Shown one piece after another: positions 7,326-16,300 of a stretch of DNA of 26,192 nucleotides. Numbering within the stretch: the stretch's first letter is position 1; every line of letters begins with the position of its first letter. The notes under the pieces are model-generated. The model ran no database searches. It saw nothing but the letters and a program-made list of their open reading frames with translations, and had not been told where the DNA came from. Origin of the DNA: a virus. Its lineage: Duplodnaviria > Caudoviricetes. Made by a program: the position numbers and the translations under genes. The stretch spans positions 1 to 26,192 of IMG/VR virus record IMGVR_UViG_3300020162_001958; one strand, given 5' to 3'.

Positions 7326-7790
7326 TTAGCGGCGGCCGAGGGTCTGGGCCAGTCCGGCCACCAGCCCAATGCCAATCAGATCGCTGGTGGCATCGTCCAC
7401 CGTTACCCCGAGCAACCGACCTCGCATTGTCAAAGCCAGGCTGCTGCGGCCTGGATAGGTGCTTTTGATTTTTGGTATCTCGGCAATAGTCCAATGCAGA
7501 TAGCCAGGGAACACCTGGCCATCCAACTCAATACCTTGCAACAGGCCTGGGGGCAACTGCACGTCCAGCACGCCTGAGTAACTGTCCTCCCAGGCATAGT
7601 TGGCCAGCCAAGCATCCTCATCCGCCAGAGACGGCCAGCCAGCGTCGATCCGGGCGTCGGTCATTCGATCACCTTGGAGCACAGGGTACTCGGCACCGTT
7701 CAGAGCTTTGAAAACCTTCACCGGATGTGATCCGACTACGAGCTCTCGGGTCATGGGGACTGTCAAAAGTGGGAAAGAGATTGCTGGCAT
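7326..7790 (-). CDS. Minor tail protein (distal-tail/gpM-like candidate)
   Basis: FP....TR....G..PVK.FKA.NGAE...L.G...W.....P.I.S..PGRS motif recalled from cyanophage-type tail genes; position after the tip protein. Confidence 0.6.
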   Translation of the reverse strand: MPAISFPLLTVPMTRELVVGSHPVKVFKALNGAEYPVLQGDRMTDARIDAGWPSLADEDAWLANYAWEDSYSGVLDVQLPPGLLQGIELDGQVFPGYLHWTIAEIPKIKSTYPGRSSLALTMRGRLLGVTVDDATSDLIGIGLVAGLAQTLGRR

Positions 7791-7794
7791 AATC

Positions 7795-10700
7795 TTAGGT
7801 TGTGGGTGTTACATACAAAAAGCCCTCTGTGGGGCTATTTGTGGCATCAGCGTTGGCCGCAATCAATTGTATCCGATATTGAGTGCCTGCAGAGGGGAAC
7901 GATATTGATACACTGGTGCCACTTCCGGTAATTGTTGCTCCAGCTGGCGTCACGCTCCAGGTATAGGAGGTGCCGGCCTGCATGCCAAACTGCGATGCCG
8001 TGTACGTGCTCGGGGCGTTGACCTGCGGCGTTGTGGCGCCCGTGATCACTGGAGTTGCCAACACATAAGAAGGCCGGATCTTCTCTGACATAACGGATCC
8101 ATTGTTAAGAGCCGCGACTCCATCTACGGTTTTATTGGCAGAACAACTAATCACGTAGTCCGTGGCGGGGTCTGGCAGCGTTATGTCTACATTTTGGCCC
8201 ACTCCGCCGTTGCTGATGACAACCCCAGCTGACGGGACAACAAGCCAGGAAAAGACTGGATTGTTGTAGGGGTAATTAGGCGTCCCAAATTCAGCGTTAG
8301 TGTTTTGATATGCGCTGAACGGGGCGGGGACACCCGGCGCCACTGCCCTGAGATAGCTTTGCAGTGCATTTATTACCAGCGGCCACTCCACATAAGGGCT
8401 GCCACCTGCAATGATAGGGCTAGCATTAGATGCCACCGTCGTAACCGTTTTTGTTGCCGTCCTGGTGGCGTCCGTGGCATTTGCATTAGTTGCCACCACG
8501 GTTATTGTATAAGTTACGCCAACGGTTGATGGGAATTGTACTGCGCAGTGTGACCCAAACCCCGGCTCAAAATTGCTTAAGCCGCTCTGGGCCCAGACCG
8601 GTTCAATTGTCACCCCAGCAGAGGGGGAAACACTCCAGGCCCAAGATGTACCGGGAACTCGGCCACTTTGTACTGCTGTTAGTCGCACGCTACCCTGCAA
8701 CGCAACCGCCGAGCCATATATGTTGAGCGCCCCAATAGAAGGTGTTGGCTTGACCGCCAGCGTGGTAAACTGAGGGCTGTCTGTGGCATTGCCATTGGTG
8801 GCCGTGGCCGTCACTGTGTAGTTAATATCTGCATTGGGGAATGCAATGCTAGCGATAGTGCCGCTACCTGTAACCCCCGAGATTGTGGGGCCCGCCGGTG
8901 AAACTGACCAGGCCCAAACCGTGCCAGCAATTGTGCCGGTTTGACTAACGGAATAAGTCGCCGCTACATTTTCGGCTGGAGCGGTAGGGCCAGTAATGCT
9001 GGCGGCGCCGATCGCATTGCTGGGTGCCACCAGCACCGATTTGGCCCCCAGGATCAGGCTGTCCAGCGCTGCCGTGTTGTTGGCGCGGGCCTGGATTGTG
9101 TAAGAGCCGCCACCGCCGGCGGCGAACACCACCGTGGCCGTGGCCCCGTTAGCGGTCAGGGTGGCACCGTCAGGTGGTAACACAGTCCACTCCCAGCTGG
9201 TGCCGGCTAGGGCGTTGGTGGTGGTGGCTGAATAGGAGACGCTAGCTCCGCCGGCATTGGCCGCAGCTGGCCCGGTTACGGTCACCGCCCCCACGGACTC
9301 AAAGCCGGTCACCGCCCCCACCTGAACGGTTTTGGTCGCCACCCGCGAGACGCCACCAAACGTCACCGTCAGGCTTATGGTTTGGGCCCCGGAATTTGAG
9401 AATGAGATGTTGGTGGCGGCCTGGGTGGGGTTGGCGATGGTTATCCCCGAGCCCGACCAGGCATAGGTGTAGCTACCGCTCGGGCCAGATACCTGGGCGG
9501 TGAAGTTGGTGCTGCCGTTGAGGGGGCTGCTGCCGTTGCCCAGGATGGTCACGCCGGAGAACGCCTGCTCCAGCACGATTGTGGAGTTGGAGGACAGCTG
9601 GCCATCGATCACCCAGTTGCTGGGCACATCCCAGCCGGCTGTTAGGAGGGAATATCCGTTTTCGTCAAGAGGATATTCGGTTAAATCTGCTTCCACATTA
9701 CCGTCATCGTCAAAGGTAACTTTCTGTATCTTAAAAGTTGGGGTGGTTGGAGTCGCGTCAGCAATCGTAAAGACGCAGCCAAAATTATTGGCTGCTTTGC
9801 CGTTTGTAACGGCTATTGTTTGAGCGCTGATTGTGCTGGCAATTCCATCCCACAACAGCATCGGATAGTTGCCATCAGCCAGGTGGTTCCCAGCTGACGC
9901 CGCTGGAATCAGGATTATCGTGCCATCACTGGCAATCAGGCCACTGCGTGGCGTTGCCTGCAACAATTGCACAGCCAGTTTTACAATACGCCCCGGCTCA
10001 AAATATGCAGCATCCGGCCGAGTGGTTAGCTGGGCGCCGCAGGTAATAAGGCGCCGTTTTCGGCATTCCATTTTGGCCAGGTCTATTGCGTGTCTTTCTG
10101 ATGTCATAAATTTTGCAGTTGCGTCAATTGTTATTATTGGCGCAGTTTCTGGTGTGCTTGCCTCTCGAACAGTGATTTGCCGGATCACCGGAAATAAGCC
10201 CAAGTTGCCAGGCGTAGAGCTTTGACGTTCTTGGCGCCACAGGACGTGCACAATGGGTGATGTGCGCTGCTCCGGCTCAAAAACAGCAAAATTAAATTTA
10301 AAGACATTACCACTCGTATACATAGCCATTGGCTCGTAGCGCACCGCCGGATCGGCGATTGGCTGCAGATAGAACTGAGAGCCCTTGGCCAGCAATTCAA
10401 GCAGAAAGTAATTAGCCAGCTCGGCACCTTTTACTCTAAAATTGTCCGGCTCTGATATTGCCCCATCGAAAAAATAACGACGAGCGTAGGTCCATGCATC
10501 CGCCTCGTCAAAAGTTGCAGTAATAGCGGTAGGGCTTATCCGCTCTCCGAGGCCAAACTCGGCGTTGGTGGCTAGGATCCTCAGCACTGAGCCAATTAGA
10601 TGGGTGCTGGCAAATCCCTGGTTTACGTAAACACTTACTTGCTGTGCAGATTGAAACTCGGTAGAGCTGCGAAGCGTTAGCCCCATGGTGGTGAGGCCAG

Positions 10701-12897
10701 CGTAGCTAGGCGCTACAAGGTTTGGCTCGATAGTGTTGATATAGGCAATTTGGCACTCTGGAGAGCTGTTTGAAATACTTATTTCTTCGTGCCCAAAGAT
10801 GTTGGCGATGCAGCCCCAGGCATCAACATACGAGAAAATACCATTGTCCCCTAGCTCGTAGTTGGCAATGCCTAGGTCTTTGTTGGTTTGGGTGGGAGGT
10901 AAGCAAAAAGTAGCTTGATTGCGAGCAAGAAAGCTACCGTTAAATTCGATCGTGAGCCCGGCACCGTAGGCCACCTGCAGGCTGGATTGGCTTGCGTCAA
11001 TCAGGCACAGCTGGCCCTGAGCGTAGCCGTTGCGCACCTCCCAGCCGTCTACCGGCATTTGGCTGAACTGATAGAGCTCGGAGCTTGGTAGCTGTAAACG
11101 GATGTAATCGCGGCTTTCGCTGCCGCCGGCTCCCTTGAATACCAATAAGTGGGGAAATTCAATCCACTCGGTAGCGCCCAGCACCCTAAACGATAACCGC
11201 GAAACCACGTAACGGACACCAGGCGCCTGAATGGTGCCAGAAGTGTATTGCGATGTCTGGATTGTCCGCCCGGACCTTGTTAATTCGGTGTTGTCGTAGT
11301 AGAGGCATCCGTTGTTGTCCGCGTAAGTCGTTGTTTCCGACGCGGCAAAATTGCACAAGCCCCCATAGCGCAACGATGCGCTTACCTTGTAGCCAATTTC
11401 GATTACTTGCCCTGGCCTTGCCATCGTAAACGTTGCCACCGCCAAGCGATACAGGTGGCTGCCGTTTGTGCCATTGCGGTAAGGCACCGCACTGCTCAAG
11501 GCGCTGCGATTGATCTTAGCCGTTTCGCTAAACATCATCACGCCTGCTTTTATGGCTTTGAACGTGTAATAAACGTCAGTGCCACCGCCAGGAGGCGATT
11601 GGTCCATGCGGCTACTAAATGGAGTCGTTGCGGGACTGCGGCCCACTAGCACTAGTACAACGCTACCGCATTTGTATAAACTGCCCAAGGTCAGGGATTC
11701 GTCCCAACTGCGCTGACGGCCCGCGATACTCTGGGCTATATCAACAGCATCGGCGGTGCTTGTCTGATCACCACTGTTGTAGGACCACACCGAAGTATTG
11801 TCAGCCTGGGCGGACATGTAAAACAGGATTGACTGGTCTTTTAGCACCGTGCGCACTTCACCCGAAACCGTGGGAACCAGGCCCCCCTGATTGTCGTAGA
11901 CACCAACAAAGCCGCTACGGCTGCTATAAACTTGATTCTGCTTGATTCGTCTGAGGTAAGCTTGGGGGTCTATTTTGCATACAAAAAAAGTGCGATCAAA
12001 TTTTTGCCCCGCAGCCTGCGTTTGGCCCCGATACATAGGCTCGACTCGGGGGTTGCCCTTGATTCCCAGCTCATTGCCAATAGGCGCGTATAGGCCAAAT
12101 ACGGTTTGATTGCTAGGTGCGCTTGCGTAGCAAAAAGAGTTGGTCCAAAGGCCATTAGGTCCGCGAATTTGGAACAGGTCAGTTGCGCCTGCATTCTCTG
12201 AGTTGGCAATATCACTAGCCGGAATGCGGCCAGCAATAAAATCACTAGCCCGCAAGCGGCGGCCGGCATTTTGGTAATAGATCGATGCCCTGGCAGTGGT
12301 ATTGCCGGCCGGTGCCAGGTCGTAGGAGGTAAGCACGTTGTCGCCAATGGCTACCTGCGTTGGGTCAATAGCGCCAATGCCGGCCACACCCACCATAAAC
12401 AAGCCCTTGTAAAGTTGGCTGTCACCCAGCGAGTAAAGTTGACTCCACAGCAGATTTGTGTTTACGCGAACTCCGCCATAGGTGACGCCATCTATCGTTT
12501 CGCGTTTTGCAAAAACGACTGGCACTATGCTGCCAATCTCCACAACGTTTTGCAGTGAATCAAATCCACTGCTAGGCGCAAATTTGGCGTTGTTGACAAT
12601 TGACTGCCCCTCAACCGTAGTGCTTTCCACCCGTGAAGGCTTGGATGATGCCTGCTGGGGTGCCAGCAGGACACTTAGCGCGTAGTTAAGTGCCGCCCCC
12701 ACCACCAGGGAAATTAAAAATGGCACTATTAAAAAAGCTGTAGGCTCATCGCTTTCTGCTAATTGGACAACAGCTTCCCGCTGTTGGTTTAAAAACCAGA
12801 AATATTGTTCTTCCGTGAGCCCGGTCAACTCCAGCAGCTCGCGCTCCTCCGGCAGCAACTGGCCGGAATCATCATCTGATAGACGGGGGGAAAGCAT
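7795..12897 (-). CDS. Central tail tip / host-specificity protein (gpJ-like) with six C-terminal PKD/Ig-like repeats
   Basis: 1700 aa; LLP.E..L....G.TEE.Y N-terminus, hydrophobic helix, G..VPVVF...GGVRV...LLWSQ block, FFDGAI block; six ~90-aa repeats with W.W.V.P and Y.I...A.N. Confidence 0.8.
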   Translation of the reverse strand: MLSPRLSDDDSGQLLPEERELLELTGLTEEQYFWFLNQQREAVVQLAESDEPTAFLIVPFLISLVVGAALNYALSVLLAPQQASSKPSRVESTTVEGQSIVNNAKFAPSSGFDSLQNVVEIGSIVPVVFAKRETIDGVTYGGVRVNTNLLWSQLYSLGDSQLYKGLFMVGVAGIGAIDPTQVAIGDNVLTSYDLAPAGNTTARASIYYQNAGRRLRASDFIAGRIPASDIANSENAGATDLFQIRGPNGLWTNSFCYASAPSNQTVFGLYAPIGNELGIKGNPRVEPMYRGQTQAAGQKFDRTFFVCKIDPQAYLRRIKQNQVYSSRSGFVGVYDNQGGLVPTVSGEVRTVLKDQSILFYMSAQADNTSVWSYNSGDQTSTADAVDIAQSIAGRQRSWDESLTLGSLYKCGSVVLVLVGRSPATTPFSSRMDQSPPGGGTDVYYTFKAIKAGVMMFSETAKINRSALSSAVPYRNGTNGSHLYRLAVATFTMARPGQVIEIGYKVSASLRYGGLCNFAASETTTYADNNGCLYYDNTELTRSGRTIQTSQYTSGTIQAPGVRYVVSRLSFRVLGATEWIEFPHLLVFKGAGGSESRDYIRLQLPSSELYQFSQMPVDGWEVRNGYAQGQLCLIDASQSSLQVAYGAGLTIEFNGSFLARNQATFCLPPTQTNKDLGIANYELGDNGIFSYVDAWGCIANIFGHEEISISNSSPECQIAYINTIEPNLVAPSYAGLTTMGLTLRSSTEFQSAQQVSVYVNQGFASTHLIGSVLRILATNAEFGLGERISPTAITATFDEADAWTYARRYFFDGAISEPDNFRVKGAELANYFLLELLAKGSQFYLQPIADPAVRYEPMAMYTSGNVFKFNFAVFEPEQRTSPIVHVLWRQERQSSTPGNLGLFPVIRQITVREASTPETAPIITIDATAKFMTSERHAIDLAKMECRKRRLITCGAQLTTRPDAAYFEPGRIVKLAVQLLQATPRSGLIASDGTIILIPAASAGNHLADGNYPMLLWDGIASTISAQTIAVTNGKAANNFGCVFTIADATPTTPTFKIQKVTFDDDGNVEADLTEYPLDENGYSLLTAGWDVPSNWVIDGQLSSNSTIVLEQAFSGVTILGNGSSPLNGSTNFTAQVSGPSGSYTYAWSGSGITIANPTQAATNISFSNSGAQTISLTVTFGGVSRVATKTVQVGAVTGFESVGAVTVTGPAAANAGGASVSYSATTTNALAGTSWEWTVLPPDGATLTANGATATVVFAAGGGGSYTIQARANNTAALDSLILGAKSVLVAPSNAIGAASITGPTAPAENVAATYSVSQTGTIAGTVWAWSVSPAGPTISGVTGSGTIASIAFPNADINYTVTATATNGNATDSPQFTTLAVKPTPSIGALNIYGSAVALQGSVRLTAVQSGRVPGTSWAWSVSPSAGVTIEPVWAQSGLSNFEPGFGSHCAVQFPSTVGVTYTITVVATNANATDATRTATKTVTTVASNASPIIAGGSPYVEWPLVINALQSYLRAVAPGVPAPFSAYQNTNAEFGTPNYPYNNPVFSWLVVPSAGVVISNGGVGQNVDITLPDPATDYVISCSANKTVDGVAALNNGSVMSEKIRPSYVLATPVITGATTPQVNAPSTYTASQFGMQAGTSYTWSVTPAGATITGSGTSVSISFPSAGTQYRIQLIAANADATNSPTEGFLYVTPTT

Positions 12898-12902
12898 TGC
12901 CG

Positions 12903-13373
12903 TTAAAGAGGCACGTTGCCGGTGGGCGGCAAATTGCCCACCATGCGCTGAGTCAATCGTAGCCGAGGCAATTCATTGCCAGCAGCGCCAATGGGACTGC
13001 CAAGGCTCACGGAAACCCTGAGACCTTCATGGCCAATTGACAGCAGCTCAAATGTATCCTTTGTAAAATCGTCCTGAGGTGTCAGCGAGCCCAACGCCAG
13101 CCAGGTGGTCGTAATTTCGACAAGCCAGCGGCCATTGACCGCCGTGCCAAAAATGTTGAGAGTAAGGTCATTGATTGCCATCACCAACGTGCCGCTTACT
13201 GCTGACGCGGTTGAATCCGTCATCCCGCCAGAGTAGCCAATGCCGGCATGTGTGTAAATTTCTTTGTCTCTTCTAAGCTCGCGGCCAGCTGCAAAATTTT
13301 GAAACCGATAACCGGTCTGCTGGCCGTTTGGATAGAGCAACTTAAAAAAAGAGCCGAGCGGCTGTAGTTTCAT
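12903..13373 (-). CDS. Minor tail protein (gpL/hub-like candidate)
   Basis: Directly after the tape measure (TAATG overlap); YRFQNF and L.SP....G...PR..LT...VG.LP.TG motifs. Confidence 0.65.
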   Translation of the reverse strand: MKLQPLGSFFKLLYPNGQQTGYRFQNFAAGRELRRDKEIYTHAGIGYSGGMTDSTASAVSGTLVMAINDLTLNIFGTAVNGRWLVEITTTWLALGSLTPQDDFTKDTFELLSIGHEGLRVSVSLGSPIGAAGNELPRLRLTQRMVGNLPPTGNVPL

Positions 13374-16300
13374 TACCTAATTCCTGGGATGCGAGTTTGG
13401 TTGCGTAAATCACGGCGCCAATTGGCGCCGGCCTGGCGCACCGCCGAGCTATGTGCTTGGGCGGCGGCTTCCTCGATGCGGGCCATCATTTCTGCCTCAG
13501 TCACGAATGGCAGATCGCCGCTGCCCACCCGCCGGTACTCAATTGGCTGCATGGCTGGAGCTGCCTGCAGCTCTGAGCCGTCTGGGCCGCTGGCCCCCCA
13601 GCTCTTCATGCCCTGGGGGCCCTTGAGGGCCACATCGATGGCTTTGCCATTGGGCAATGGGATCACCGCCTCCCGGCCATGCAGCTCCGCCAGATAGCCG
13701 CTGTTGGGGCCGTTGGAGATGCCCCCAACCCGGTAGCCGCGCAGGGCCTCCATTCCGGATGGTGTAAGGATGCCGCCGTTGCGGGCAAACCCCTTGATTG
13801 ATGGCACAAATCCGCTCATGACGTCACCGCCGGTGAGGCCCGGCAGGTCAAAGAGGCCCGGCAGGTCAAAGCTGCCCAAAAAACTTTCTCCCATGGAAGA
13901 GGATCCCCCGCCGCCCAGGCCAGGGGCCAGTGCCGCACCCGCCACACTTTTCACCAAGTCGGCAAGCCAAAAGCCGCCGCCGCCGCCGCTGGCTTTCATG
14001 GTGGCGGCCTGCAAATTGACATTGGCCGCCGCGGCCTGGACGCTGGCGGCGCTGGTGTTTGTGAGCGCTGCACCAAGCTGTTCGGCGATCAACTTGCTAT
14101 TCATGCCAGACAGCAGTTCAAACAGGCTCTGGGTCAGCATTGTTTCGATCGGCCGCAGGATGGTATCCAGCACCGTGGCGGCCACTCGATCAAAAGCGCC
14201 GCCAATGGCTTCTGCCACAGCTGCGCGAATGTCGCCGCTTTTCATGGCCGCCGTGAAGCTGCCGCGGATGGCCTGGCTCAACCCACCCACCAGGCTTTCG
14301 GTGGTGCCGGCGGCGAGTTGACCGCGAGGTGTTTGCAGCACCTGGTCTTTTGCTTCGGCTTTGCGGCGCTCAAAATCAAACTGGGCTTGAGCAGCCGCAT
14401 CGCCTACAGCCATGGCATCGCGTTGCGCCTGCCGCCCCTGCACCGCTTCTGGCATCAGGGTGTCGCGCAATGTGTTGATTCGGCTGGTTAGATCTGCAAA
14501 GCTCTGCTCAAGGCGCTCCATTGAGTAGATGTTTTCGTTGACGCTGTTGTCCAGGCTTGTGCCCGCCAGTCCGGCGGACGGGGGCAGGATTGGCGCGGCG
14601 GGCATGCCAGCCGCGGCCTGGGGCATGGCACCCCTTAGCTGCGCCAGTTGGCTGTCATAGAAGCGCTTGAGATCAGCAAAGCCCTTCACTGGCTGGCCGT
14701 AATAGCTCTTGCCAGCCATGGTGGGGAAGCTTGCCCATTCAGGCGCCAATTTGTTGGCCAGCTCCGGCGTGAAACGGCCCTGATCGGCCAGGCCCAGGGC
14801 GCCACGCCCCTTGATCAACTGCATGGCGCCCTGATCTTGAACCTCAGGGCCAAATTGCTTGAGGCCCATTGCCTGGGCTACGGAGCGCCAGGTAGTGGTC
14901 AAAAACTGATAGGCACCGGCAGCAGTGCTGGCGAAGCCGCCGGCTTTATTTACCTGGTCTGGATGGCGATCCAGGTTGTTCATCAGGCCGCCGCCGAGCA
15001 GGGTGCGGTAGCCCCTGTCGCTGCCATTGGCCCAAGTGCCCTCTGCATAACGAATCGTGTTTAGCAGCGCCCGCCGTTCTGGGCTGATGCCAAACATGCT
15101 GCCGGCCGCCGGCTGCACCATCCCCGCCCGGCCGCCGGCCGCCCCCACCGGGGCACCGCTCAGGCCATCCCTGGTGCGACTGAGCCCCAGCAGTTCCTTG
15201 GTGGCCTTCAGCTGCAGCAGCTGTGCGGCCATGCCGCCTCGTTGAATTTCAAGTTGCAGCATGGCGATCCGCTCCTCTGATTCCTCGCGCCACTGCTGGA
15301 TTTGCAGCTGGCGATTGGCGGCGGCCTGTTCCGCCTTGAGCTGTTTCTCCTTGGCATCCCACAGCGCCTTGGTGGCTGCTGCGGCATTGACAAAGCCGGT
15401 GCGCCCCATGGCCAAAGCTTCTATTTGGGCCCCGATCACAGCCTCAACGCTGCGGGGATTGCGTTGAGCATTGGCCTGGGCCTCCGCCAATCCCACCAGT
15501 CGCTCGGCCGATTTGACGTTGGCATCGGCAACCGCCTTGCTCAACTGAGCCCGGCGGTTTTCCACCTCAGCCAATTTGGTCATGTTGTCAAGCTGCAGCT
15601 GCTGCTGCTCCACCGTTCGGGTTTGGTTTTCCGCCAGTTTTCTCTGTGTTAAAGCATCATCTGCCTGGCGATTTTTGATTGCCTGTTCCTTCTGGTTGAG
15701 CACGCTGAGCTGGCGCTGCTGCTCCAGCGTCAGCTGGGCCGACTGGCTTTGGATGTCCAGCCCCTGCTGCTGAATATTGAGCCGCTGCTGCTCCAGACCG
15801 TTGGTGCGGCGCAATTGGGTTGCGCTTTCAAATGCCAGGCTGGTGGCTGCCTGAGCCGCGGCCAGCTGCCGGCCAATGATCTGGCCAATATTTTGATGCA
15901 CTCTGTAGGCATCCATCAAGGTTTTGCGCTCTACGCTGCCGGCGGCGGTATTGCGGGCTTTAAGGTATATCTCGGTGGCGGTTAAGTCGGTCTTTAGCTT
16001 TTGCACTTGCAGTTCGGCCTGTTGAATTTTCAGCTGCTCTTGTTGGATGGCGGCTTGGCGCAGGCTGATTTGTAGCTGCTGTTGCTGGATACTGCGCTCG
16101 CTCTGTAGTGCGTCTTTGCGCTCATTGATGCGCTGCTGCTCCTGACGGCCAGCAAGCTCGTTGCGGCGGTCTTCTGCCAACTGTTTGGCCTCAGGGGAGG
16201 AAGCCAGGGACACATTGAAATCGGCCCGCTTGCGGTCCAGTCCCCGGCGTCCTTCGGCTAATTCATTGAGGGCCTGTTGCACAGATTTTTGGGCATTGAG

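Noticed and set aside
4229-12897. Diversity-generating retroelement target in fibre or tip genes
   Set aside because: No reverse transcriptase and no pair of ~100-bp repeats differing at adenines seen in the window
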